Assembly: GCF_006345805.1 (NCBI RefSeq) | Contig: NC_043001.1 | Location: forward strand, 26,598,001-26,662,000 | Length of the DNA stretch: 64,000 nucleotides | Source of the DNA: Octopus sinensis | Lineage: Eukaryota | Direction of reading: 5' to 3' | Shown here: piece by piece, positions 1 through 10,773 of the stretch | Layout: each line of letters starts with the position of its first letter | How positions within the stretch are numbered: the stretch's first letter is position 1 | Translations under genes and position numbers: made by a program | Notes under the pieces: generated by a model | Database searches by the model: none | The model's input: the letters and a program-made list of their open reading frames with translations, nothing else | What the model was told of the DNA's origin: nothing

Positions 1-910
1 CACGTACTTGGCACCAATGCTGGTGGCATGTAAAAAACACCTTTCAAGTGATGGGTCTCAGAGGCCAGTGTCGCATAACTAGTACCTGTGCTGGTGAGCA
101 TGGTAGGTAGGTAATAGCAGATCTGAAGAAATCTAATAGAATAAATGTGAAAACTAATTTCTGTGTCAGTGTCACACTTAGATCCCCTCTTTCACTATTT
201 AAACAACACTCCTACTATTCCTCATGATGGGGTGAGAGTAATAGTAGGGTAGTGGCAAAGGCAGGGAGAGAAAGAAATTTAGGGAGAGTTGATGTTTTAT
301 TAAAAGAAGTAGTGTTGATGGTAGCAGTGGGAGTAATAAGAGAGAGAGAGAGAAAGAGTGGGTTATGTGAGAGATAGAGGGACTGCACACTGAAGCAACA
401 CGCTGAATAACATACTGAATGAACATGCACATTTAGCCTTTGATAGTAAAAGTATGAGTTGTAGTTGTGATAGAGGCGGAGGTGGCGTTGATGATGATGG
501 TGGAGGGGAAGGCAGTGAAATCAAAGGTACTGAATGGTGTGTGTATAGCAGTTGTGATGGCAACAGTAGTGGTACTGGTGATGGTTGAAAACAATCAGCA
601 GCAAGAGAGAGAGAGAAAAGAAAGAGGTTAGATATTAAAAAAATTGTACTGATGCCCAAATGGGAAGACAAAAAATGTTCATCATGCAGCTTTGCAATAA
701 GTTCCAAGTCGACAAATTTCATCATTGTTTTGATGAAAATTGTTCATTGCTTGAAAAATATTGTTCAAGTTTAATAAAATATGTACTCAATGCATTTTTA
801 TACACCCATTTTTATTAAAATTTACTTTCAATTTAGCATTCTGCCTTATTATAATTTTTCCTCTCCTATCAATTCTCCACGTGTGGTCAACACAACCCCA
901 CCATTTATTG

Positions 911-946
<36 letters not shown>

Positions 947-1020
947 AAGAAACAAGAAGAAAATAAAATTAAAAGTAAAATAATTTAAGTTTATAGAGTA
1001 CAAAAGGGAAAATATATTAC

Positions 1021-1087
1021 CGTTTGAAATAAAATGCATATCTCAGCAAGATGATTACAAATACAACAGCTATGCTGACATAAATTG
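1021..1087 (-). CDS. HGSNAT: HGSNAT-like exon 5 (first TM helix: (P)IYVSIAVVFVIILLRYAFYFK(R))
   Basis: Acceptor ttgtctttccag, donor CG|gtaata, 67 nt, phase 1->2. In frame with exon 4. Resembles human [27 protein letters not shown] (from recall). Confidence 0.85.
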
Positions 1088-1439
1088 CTGGAAAGACAAT
1101 GAGATGCTATAAGTTACACAAAAACATTTTATTAAATCAACAAAACTATATATGTTTATAATGTTGAAAACATAACACATGTAATTATTTTTTAAAAAAA
1201 TTGTTACACTATTATACAATACTTCTTGCAAAGAGTGTCTGTAGTCACTGGACTTGCTAGGAACAGTAGCAAAATTTCCCTCAAATTGTACCCTACTACC
1301 TTAAAAAGGCCAGTTGAATGATGAATCCGAAATATACTATGCTTGAAAAAAAGATATGGTGGTCACAACTGAAATGCCTTTCATCACAAGTATTCCTAAT
1401 AAAAACTACCCTTGAACTAAACAGTACTTGTTATTTTTT

Positions 1440-1504
<65 letters not shown>

Positions 1505-1726
1505 AGGGAATATTATTCCAAACTTACAGGGAAAAATTCAATTTAGAAATACTAAATCAAATTTCACAAAATATAATATAATATATATATATATTGCACA
1601 TTACTCATTATTATATGTTTTATCTTATATTTAATCTTTCTAGAATACGTAATTTTTCTAAATGGTATAATTTAATTTTTCATTATTGAATTGATAAAAG
1701 GTGGTTTTTTTCCTAATTTATATATA

Positions 1727-2116
1727 GGCGCAGGAGTGGCTGTGTGGTAAGTAGCTTGCTGACCAACCACATGGTTCCGGGTTCAGTCCCACTGCGTGGC
1801 ATCTTGGGCAAGTGTCTTCTGCTATAGCCCCGGGCCGACCAATGCCTTGTGAGTGGATTTGGTAGACGGAAACTGAAAGAAGCCTGTCGTATATATGTAT
1901 ATATATATGTATGCGTGTGTGTGTTTGTGTGTCCCCCTAGCATTGCTTGACAACCGATGCTGGTGTGTTTACGTCCCCGTCACTTAGCGGTTCGGCAAAA
2001 GAGACCGATAGAATAAGTACTGGGCTTACAAAGAATAAGTCCCGGGGTCGATTTGCTCAACTAAAGGCGGTGCTCCAGCATGGCCGCAGTCAAATGACTG
2101 AAACAAGTAAAAGAGT
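1727..2116 (+). mobile_element. tRNA-derived SINE, family A (ggcgcaggagtggctgtgtggtaag...)
   Basis: A/B-box-like head, internal (TA/TG)n, conserved 3' end aatgactgaaacaagtaaaaga. About 10 copies in the window. Confidence 0.9.
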
Positions 2117-2208
2117 AATATATATATATATACCGGAATAAGCATATAAATGTGAAACAAGGTGGGAAAAAAAAAAGAGTACTCAAATACCAGAGGTAGA
2201 GTAATTTG

Positions 2209-2367
2209 CTTTATTTCAAAGCAGCAGAAATATAACAAAAGCTGTTACTCAGAGTTTCATGTTCCTGTTCGTTGAGCAGTTTTGTTTTTAACAAAATTGT
2301 CCGACCAACAGGAATGTGAAACTCTGAGTAACAGCTTTTGTTATATTTCTTCTGCTTTTAAATAAAG
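2209..2367. repeat. Foldback with ~61-bp arms and degenerate hammerhead motifs, Penelope pLTR-like
   Basis: Left arm ctttatttcaaagcagcagaaatataacaaaagctgttactcagagtttcatgttcctgtt is the near-perfect reverse complement of the right arm (4 mismatches). Confidence 0.75.
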
Positions 2368-2451
2368 TATATATAAAGGGCTGGTAAGTTGGAAGGCTGT
2401 ACCAGACTCCAGTCTGATTTGGCATGGTTTTCTATGACTGGATGCCCAACT

Positions 2452-2640
2452 GACTATAGAAAATATTCTAATATTAGGGTTATTAGGGTATAGAAACCAC
2501 CATAACAGAAAAAGTGGGCATTAGTACATGTGGAAATCAAACCTGAAAGAGGTGTGGGTTCAGTTCCTATGTGTACTAATGCCCATTTCTTTTTCTATTA
2601 GGGGTTTATATACCCTAATATTAGACTATTTTTTATAGTC
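2452..2640. repeat. Second imperfect foldback (~80-bp arms)
   Basis: Ends gactatagaaaatattctaatattagggt and accctaatattagactattttttatagtc; inner tgggcattagtaca / tgtactaatgccca. Confidence 0.75.
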
Positions 2641-2756
2641 AATATATGATGAAAGTTTACAATTATATTTACAAAATTTTCACTTGTCACTGTTTCTTAA
2701 TTTATGAAGAATACGCTCACACACACACACACATGTATGCACATATATATAACTGT

Positions 2757-3040
2757 GTGGCCTAGAGGTTAGGTTGTTGCGCTCACAATTGCTAGATTGT
2801 GGGTTCAATTTTCAGACTTGGCAGTGTATAGTGTTCTTGAGTAAAACACTTCCTTTCATGTTGCTCTAGTCTACTCAGTTCTAATTGAGTAACCCTGAAA
2901 TAGTATAACCTTCTGATCAGGAGCAATGTTGGCCTGCTTCACTAGCCAGTAGGATGGCATCATTCAAAGGCTTAAACAATGTGAAGTGCATTGTGACCAG
3001 TGATGTATCACAATATCTTATAGTCTAGTCAATACTGTGA
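2757..3040 (+). mobile_element. Old CORE-type SINE (family B)
   Basis: gttcttgagtaaaacacttcctttcatgttgctctagtctactcag resembles the CORE domain of the copy at 22371. Confidence 0.55.
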
Positions 3041-3194
3041 TGTATATATATCATCATTTAATGTCTGCTTTCCATGCTGGTATGAATAGGATGATTTGAC
3101 AGGAGATGGCCAGACAGAAGCCTGCACCAGACTTGTGTTTTGGCAGGATTTTTACAGCAAGATGCCCTTCATAACACCAACCATCCAGCATATA

Positions 3195-3231
<37 letters not shown>

Positions 3232-4059
3232 GTGTATATATACATACATACATACAAACAACAACAGATGGATTATGTTTCACTAAACAGCTGTTTCAGT
3301 TGTATTTTTTTATTGATAAATAGAATTATTACATCATGTGAAAAAAACCTGTTCTCCTCAGGTGAATATATGTAAGAATCAAACATTTCAAAACATCTCA
3401 ATTCCAAAGCAAAATACCATTTCGTGACTCGAGTGCTTTTGCCTGTCTCTTCTCAATGCTCGTTTTTCCAGTGCACTTCACATCGTCTTGGCTTAACAGA
3501 CCTCACCGTTTGTTTTTACTGTTTTGTTCTTACTGTGTTTTTGTTACCACTTTAACCTTCCACAAAAAATCCCAAATTTTATTTAATTTGCTTTGCGGGA
3601 AGGACTGTTTTAATGAAGTTATGTCTTGTCACTACCTTCGAAAGGCAGAGTAGATAAAACAGGGGACAACTGATGAAGGGATGCTCTTTAAGGTGCCTGT
3701 CTCGTTTCTCTATTTGTTTCTTTCATTGTTCAAAAAAAAAGTTCGTTTTATATGTTTTTGTTTTTTATGTTCTCAATTCGTTGATGTTTTTTGATGTCCT
3801 GTACCCATATATGCATGTATATATACATATATATGTAGGTATGTATATATATGTATGTATATATATATACATATATTTATAATTATTTGTGAATGAAGGC
3901 TACCATTGGTTTCATGTTAAATAGGAAAATATCTTAGTGTTTTAATTTTTCAAGCTGATCACATGGAGAAAGATGTTTGCTTCCATTTTGGAAAACACAG
4001 CCTCTTTTAGTTCTTGATGGTTCTTGTAAATTCAAGTAAATAAATCAATGAATCAAGAG

Positions 4060-4752
4060 ACGTTACTCTTGGGCCTCACTGAGGCAATGACTAGTGACTG
4101 AGACCTTTGGAGATATGCTGTGCCTGAGAAGACCCGGCAAGCCAAGTGAGACCATAACCTGTGGCCTATACCAGTGGTGTATAACCAGCCTCCTTATGCG
4201 TACCCTTCATTCACTGGACAATAAATTTTGCTTGCGAAGACCTGTTGAGGCAAGTGAAATCAAAATCGCTGACATAGTCGATGACGGTACTGCATGATTG
4301 GCGCTTGTGCCAGTGGAACATTAAAAGCACCATCTAAGCGTGATAGTTGCCAGGGCCACTGACTGGTTCCCATGCCAGTGGCACATAAAAAACACCATTC
4401 GAGTGTCATCGTTGTGTCACCTTACTGGCACATGTCCCAGTGGTATGTGAAAAACAACATTTGAGCGTGGTTTTTGCCAGTGTCACTGGACTGGCTCCTG
4501 TGCAGGTGGCATGTAAAAAAACACCTTTTGAGCGTGGTCGTTGCCAGTACTGCCTGATTGGCCCTCGTGCCGGTGGCATGTAAAAGCACCCACTATACAC
4601 TCAGAATGGTTGGCATTAGGAAGGGCATCCAGCTGTAGAAACTTTGCCAGATCAGACTGGAGCCAGGTGCAGCCTTCTGGCTCGCCAGTCCTCAGTCAAA
4701 CCGTCCAACCCATGCCAGCATGGAAAGCGGACGTTAAACGATGATGATGATA
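4060..4752 (+). mobile_element. 5'-truncated RTE LINE 3' end (ORF end, 3'UTR repeats, (GAT)n tail)
   Basis: gagaagacccggcaagccaagtgag ORF end, about 6 degenerate UTR units, ggcattaggaagggcatccagctgtagaaac, tail gatgatgatga. Confidence 0.85.
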
Positions 4753-4834
4753 TAAGAATAAAGCACTAAAAATTGATTGAATTTATAAAATCATGGTGAA
4801 GAATGTAGCAGCTAATAAATAAAAATAAAGGAAC

Positions 4835-6901
4835 ATCATCATCATCATCGTTTAGCGTCCGTTTTCCATGCTAGCATGGGTTGGACGGGTCAACTGGGGT
4901 CTGTGAAGCTGGAAGGCTTCGTCAGGCCCAGTCAGATCTGGCAGTGTTTCTACGGCTGGATGCCCTTCCTAACGCCAACCACTCCGCGAGTGTAGTGGGT
5001 GTTTTTTTACGTGCCACCTGCACAGGTGCCAGACAGAGCTGGCGAACGGCCACGAATGGATGGTGCTTTTACGTGTCACCGGCACGGGGCCAGGCGATGC
5101 TGGCAACGGACATGAACGGATGGTGCTTTTACGTGCCACCGACACGGGGCCAGACAGAGCTGGCAACCGGCCACGAACGGACGGTGCTTTTACGTGTCAC
5201 CGGCACGGGGGCCAGCCGAGGCTGGCAACGGACGCGAACAGATGGTGCTTTTACGTGCCACCGACACGGTTGCCAGACAGAGCTGGCAAATGGCCACGAG
5301 TGGACGGTGCTTTTACGTGTCACCGGCACGGGGGCCAGCCGAGGCTGGCAACGGACACGGACGGATGGTGCTTTTACGTGCCACCGACACGGGGCCAGAC
5401 AGAGCTGGCAAACGGCCACGAACGGATGGTGCTTTTACGTGTCACCGGCACGGGGGCCAGCCGAGGCTGGCAACGGACGCGAACAGATGGTGCTTTTACG
5501 TGCCACCGACATGGTTGCCAGACAGAGCTGGCAAACGGCCACGAGCGGATGGTGCTTTTACGTGTCACCGGCACGGGGCCAGACAGAGCTGGCAAACGGC
5601 CACGAACGAATGGTGCTTTTACGTGCCACCGACACGGGGCCAGACAGAGGTGGCCAACGGCCACGAACGGACGGTGCTTTTACGTGTCACCGGCACGGGG
5701 CCAGGCGAGGCTGGCAACGAACACGAATGGATGGTGCTTTTATGTGCCACCGACACGGGGCCAGGCAGAGCTGGCAAACGGCCATGAGCGAATGGTGCTT
5801 TTACGTATCACCGGCACGGGTGCCAGACGAGGCTGACAGCGGACACGAACAGATGGGTCACTTAACCCCTGCTTTCTGATATATGATTTGATTTTGATTG
5901 TTCTCACTGGTCTTGCCGGGTCTTCTCATGCACAGCATACTTCCATAGGTCTCGGTCTCTGGTCATTTCCTTGGTGAGACCTAGAGTTCGAAGGTCGTGC
6001 TTCACCACCTCGACCCAGGTTTTCCTGGGTCTACCTCTTCCACAGGTCCCCTCAACTGCCAGGGTGTGGCACTTTTTCACACACCTATCTTCATCCATTC
6101 TCACCACATGACCATACCAGCGCAATCGTCTCTCTTGCACACCATAACTGATGCTTCTTAGGTCCAACATTTCTCTCAAGGAACTAACGCTCTGTCGAGT
6201 AAGTACACTGACATTACACATCCATCAGAGCATACTGGCTTCATTCCTCATGAGCTTACGCATGTCCTCAGCAGTCACGGCCCATGTTTCACTGCCATGT
6301 AGCATGGCAGTTCGTACACATGCATCAAACAGTCTGCCTTTTACTCTGAGCGAGAGGCCTTTAGTCACCAGCAGAGGTAATAGCTCCCTAAACTTTGCCC
6401 AGGCTATTCTTATTCTAGCAGTTACACTATCAGCGCACCCATCCCCACTACTGACTTGGTCACCTAGATAATGGAAGCTATCAACTACTTCTAGTTTTTC
6501 CCCCTGGAAAGTGACGGAAGTTGTTTTCTGCAGATTTTCAGAGGTTAATGCTCCCGAGCATCTGCCACATACAAAAACCATCTTCCTAGTTAGCCTTCCT
6601 ATGACATTGCTGCACCTCTTATGTGTCCATAGCTTACACTTGGTGCATCTTATAGAGTTTCTACCTACACCTTTTCTACAGATCGAGCAGGGCCATCTAC
6701 CTGAAGGCGTTTGTGATTTGTCTACCTTCCTACTTATTACGACTTTGGTTTTAGCTAGGTTGACTCTAAGGCCCTTCGATTCTAAACCATGCTTCCACAC
6801 CTGAAACTTCTTCTCCAGTTCTGATAATGACTCAGCAATTAGAGCAAGGTCATCAGCATAGAGGAGCTCCCAGGGGCATCCTGTCTTGAATTCCTCCGTG
6901 C
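4835..6901 (-). mobile_element. Young 5'-truncated RTE-clade LINE (RT C-terminal half, PHD insert, 3'UTR VNTR, (GAT)n tail)
   Basis: ORFs 6225-6977 and 5904-6221 give WELLYADDL, GLRVNLAKTK, FHYLGD, LHGSETW, RLRWYGHV, GRPRKTW. One in-frame TGA near 6225, probably from CGA. Confidence 0.95.
4998..5856. repeat. Minisatellite, 14 units of ~61 bp, in the LINE 3'UTR
   Basis: Unit ggtgcttttacgtg(t/c)caccg(g/a)cacggggccag...ctggcaa.cgg.cacgaacggat, counted by eye. Confidence 0.95.
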
Positions 6902-7251
6902 GAAAATCTCCAACTATACAAAAGAATATCAATGAAAGTTTGCAACCAAAATGTTGAGAGAAGATTGCTGTCATCAATATTATTTTGTTAATTAGAACAG
7001 TGGACTGGCAGAATTGTTAGCATGAAGAATAGAATTACAACAGGTTGTACCATTTTATTTACATTCATTTGTAAATGACAAGAGGTGCAGGAAAATACTG
7101 ATTTCTCAACACAAATATAAATATGAAAGAAGTCATAAAAGATTGATAGAAATATATTTGTAAATAGTATTTTGCTTTGAATTTCAATTCGTTACAGAGA
7201 TATATTAATGAAAGAAGAAAATGCAAAATTATAAGTGAAGGAGATACATAC

Positions 7252-7358
7252 GGATCAAAATGTCAGTGGGATTGTTTGTCAGTTCCTGAGAACAATGGGT
7301 TCTGTTGTAAATCAACAAATTATAAATACCACTCTCTTTAAAATGGAATGTAGTCTCC
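7252..7358 (-). CDS. HGSNAT: HGSNAT-like exon 4 (ETTFHFKESGIYNLLIYNRTHCSQELTNNPTDILI)
   Basis: Acceptor ttttttattttcaattttag, donor CC|gtatgt, 107 nt, phase 2->1. Resembles LEYRFGEFGNYSLLV...DPVDSNLP. Confidence 0.9.
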
Positions 7359-7405
7359 CTAAAATTGAAAATAAAAAAGCATTTATTTGTGTGTGTGTAA
7401 ATTAT

Positions 7406-7450
<45 letters not shown>

Positions 7451-7459
7451 AATCGTTAG

Positions 7460-7660
7460 TCCCTACACGCAATTTTTTTCTCTCCTTGTTTCTTTTCTGT
7501 GTTTCTGTCGAAGAGTGTAGGCTCGAAACGTAAAAGACTTGTTTTATTTCTATTCCTGAGCGCCATACTAATACATTATTTGTTTGTACTCCACCTGCCT
7601 TCGTCTTTTGTTTATTTTTGTAAACCTGCCTTTGTCTTTTGTTTATTTTCATAAACCTTC
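7460..7660 (+). mobile_element. Penelope pLTR-like repeat with degenerate hammerhead-like motif
   Basis: gtgttt-ctgtcga-agagtgtaggctc-gaaacg-ta-aaagac at about 7499-7538. Confidence 0.45.
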
Positions 7661-7955
7661 CCGTTAAATATATATATATATAATAATAATAATAATATTA
7701 GGGAGTATATCCAAACTTACAGGGAAAAATTAGATTTAGGATTAAATCAAATTTCACAGTATAAATATAAATTAAGTTAGAGATAAAACCACTATTAGGC
7801 AACTCAAACAGTGATAGACATAAACCAAAACATTAAAAAAATAAATATAAATAATATATAATATATATATATATAAAATTTGAATTATTAAAATTTTCAA
7901 TTTTTCAATTTTTATATAAAAAAATTTTTTTTTTAATGTTTTGGTTTATGTCTAC

Positions 7956-8121
7956 ACTCACGGAGTGGTTGGCGTTAGGAAGGGCATCCAGCTGTAGAAA
8001 CACTGCCAGATAAGACTGGAGCCTGGTGCAGCCTTCTGGCTTCCCAGATCCCCGGTCGAACCGTCCAACCATGCTAGCATGGACAACGGACGTTAAACAA
8101 TGATGATGATGATGATGATGA
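7956..8121 (+). mobile_element. RTE LINE 3' tail insertion with ~18-bp TSD
   Basis: tgttttggtttatgtcta at 7937-7954 and 8122-8139; (GAT)n tail. Confidence 0.9.
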
Positions 8122-8522
8122 TGTTTTGGTTTATGTCTATCACTGTTTGAGTCGCCTAATAGTGGTTTTATATATATATATATATTCATATGTATGCATT
8201 ACATGCTTATGTTTTATCTATTCACACGTGTGCGCGTGCGCACACGCACACACAAGTCAAAAACTTGGCTCAATGGGTGATTAACTGACTACACCACATC
8301 TGCAACAGTTCAAGCACACTAGAAGAAGGCCTACTTAATGCTGGAAGTTACACGTTTGCATGGTCTCCTCATGCTTTGTCAGACAATGAACTGCCCTCTC
8401 TGCAATCACACAGGACTTGCACCAGATGTCGTCATGCACCACACATCTGATAGTGGACCTCATCGCATTGATCCACTTGTGCTGGCTCACAATGACCCAC
8501 AAGACCTGTCAATGGTAATACC

Positions 8523-8757
8523 TATTTCTTTATTACCCACAAGGGGCTAAACATAGGGGGGACAAACAAAGACAGACATAGGTATTAAATTGATTACATT
8601 GACCCCCAGTGCATAACTGGTACTTAATTTATCGATCCAAAAAGGATGAAAGGCAAAGTCGACCTCGGTGGAATTTGAACTCACAACGTAGCGGCAGACA
8701 AAATACTGCTAAGCATTTCGCCCAGCGTGCTAACGTTTCTGCCAGCTTGCCACCTTC
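8523..8757 (-). mobile_element. tRNA-derived SINE, family C (ggtggcgagctggcagaaacgttagc...), 15-bp TSD
   Basis: TSD gtcaatggtaatacc at 8508-8522 and 8758-8772. Confidence 0.9.
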
Positions 8758-9093
8758 GTCAATGGTAATACCCTGGACTTGCTGGCTAAACTCAGCAATC
8801 CTGATGATGCCTGACCATTATTGACAATGCTCTTTGTCTTGGCCACAAATGACACATTCTCAGCAGAATCCTCCAGATATTTCATAACCCTGCACACAAA
8901 GGATGCTGCTACAATCAAGAAACTGGCAAGCTCTAAGTCACTGTAGATGGCAGCTCTGAACATGCTATCACTTATCATTTCTTGTGTCAGATGGGAATCT
9001 GTCGTGTCGATGCTATTGATACACCTAAACAACTCAAAAATTATTTTTGGTGCATGTTGTATATCACAAATGGAGTTCTTTATTCTAAGTGAT

Positions 9094-9322
9094 TTAACCC
9101 TTTTGTTACTGTATTTATTTTGAGATGCTCTGTGTTTCTTTCAATTATTTTAAATATAACAAAGAATTTAGTGAATTAACTTCGTTATCATTAAGCTAGT
9201 GTTAGGAACATAAATTGTGACTAAGGTTTGGTGGAAGATTTCAATTCAAAACTTATGAAAACAAGACATTTGTACTAAAGAGCCAGAGCCGGTTTCAGCC
9301 GGGTTGGTAACGAAAGGGTTAA
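9094..9322. mobile_element. piggyBac-type MITE (family F)
   Basis: TTAA-CCCTT...AAGGG-TTAA ends. Siblings at 18441-18662 and 52987-53214. Confidence 0.9.
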
Positions 9323-9634
9323 GTGTAATTCAAAACATGTTGAAATCTAAAATGACAAAAATAAAGGAAGATCAATTATTATTTGTCCTAATGCTATCTT
9401 TCTCAGAAAAGTATCAAAACAATAAGAAAATGCACACCCACAAATACACACACACACACACAAAATGACAGGAATTGGGGCATGAAGTGTGTGTGTGTGT
9501 GGGGGGGGGGTAGATTTATTTGTTCTATCAATATTCTTTATCTTTTTTATTTCAGATGAATAAAATGAAACATCTGTATATGTTCTTGAAACCTATCTTT
9601 CTAGTCACATATTATTTATCTATATTGGCAAATC

Positions 9635-10125
9635 ATCATCATCATCATCTTTCTTTAACATCCGCTTTCCATGTTGTCATAGGTGGGGCGGTTTGACATG
9701 GAGCTGACCGGCAGGGAGCTATCCAGACTCTAGCTGTCTTCTGTGGCATGGTTTCAATGGCTGGATGCCCTTCTTAATGCCAACCATTTAGCAGAGTGTG
9801 GTGGGTGCTTTTTACATGTCACTGGCACATGTCCATTTACGCAGCACCGGCACCCGAAAGAACAAGCCTGTATGTGTGGAAGACAGTGACTTTACTTAGC
9901 TTGATGTGTCTTCAAATTGTCATATCTCTCAGTCCCTTGTCATTTCCTCAGTGAGGCCCAGTGTCTGAAGATCCTTTCCCACGACCTTGTCCCACATCTT
10001 CCTGGGTCCACCATTTCCACAAGTACCCTCCACAATTAGAGCTCAGCACTTATCTATGCAACTATCATCATTCATACACATCACATGATCAAACCAGTGG
10101 AGTCTTCCTTCTTGCACACGACATC
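9635..10125 (-). mobile_element. Decayed RTE LINE 3' fragment
   Basis: Homologous to the ORF end and terminal UTR of the 4835-6901 element. Confidence 0.75.
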
Positions 10126-10130
10126 TCTTT

Positions 10131-10517
10131 ACTCTTTTACTTGTTTCAGTCATTTGACTGTGGCCATGCTGGAGCACCGCCTTTTAGTCGAGCAAATCAA
10201 CCCCAGGACTTATTCTTTGTAAGCCTAGTACTTATTCTATCGGTCTCTTTTGCCGAACCGCTAAGTTACGGGGATGTAAACATACTACCATCGGTTGTCA
10301 AGCAATGTTGGGGGGGGGGGGGGTACAGACACACAAACACATATACATATATACGACGGGCTTCTTTCAGTTTCCGTCTACCAAATCCACTCACAAGGCT
10401 TTGGTCGGCCCGAGGCTATAGTAGAAGACACTTGCCCAAGGTGCCACACAGTGGGACTGAACCTGGAACCATGTGATTCGTAAGCAAGCTACTTACCACA
10501 CAGCTACTCCTACGCCA
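10131..10517 (-). mobile_element. SINE family A
   Basis: Reverse complement of the 1727 copy. Confidence 0.9.
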
Positions 10518-10660
10518 CTCTGATGCCTATTATACCCAGTTTCCCTCTTAAATCATTTACACTCTGTTGTGCATGCACACAGACATACCCATCCAGCGGA
10601 GAAAAAAAAAAGTTTACGAATTAACAAGACAAATTAGAAATACATGCTGCATGTACTTAC

Positions 10661-10773
10661 TGACATAAATCTCCTTCCTCATCCGTAACCTTAAAGTGTA
10701 CAGGCCATCGAGAATCCACTCTCAAAGAACATGTGGTTCCAGGGTTGATGCGGGCTTTTAATCTTAGCTTACA
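10661..10773 (-). CDS. HGSNAT: HGSNAT-like exon 3 (CKLRLKARINPGTTCSLRVDSRWPVHFKVTDEEGDLC)
   Basis: Acceptor ttgtgatttttcag, donor CA|gtaagt, 113 nt, phase 0->2. In frame with both neighbouring exons. Confidence 0.9.

Noticed and set aside
86-122. Phase-compatible (2->0) 37-nt candidate HGSNAT exon 6 (RSAITYLPCSPAQ)
   Set aside because: The donor side lies in RTE 3'UTR-like sequence and the peptide has no HGSNAT similarity. The real exon 6 is probably outside the window.
199-725. Overlapping minus-strand ORFs of 71-120 aa
   Set aside because: Low-complexity CT/CA-rich DNA, no splice fit to HGSNAT, no recognisable domain.
4998-5856. Regularly spaced repeats resembling a CRISPR array (also 11245-11796)
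   Set aside because: The intervening sequences are themselves repeated, not unique spacers; eukaryotic TE context and no cas genes.
4881-5879. Longest ORFs in the track (332, 258 and 197 aa)
   Set aside because: They are translations of the GC-rich 61-bp minisatellite, open in several frames.
6902-6940. Acceptor-like ttcttttgtatag next to the LINE 5' end, making the ORF appear to start at 6977
   Set aside because: It is flanking DNA in frame by chance. HGSNAT exons 4 and 5 join without it.
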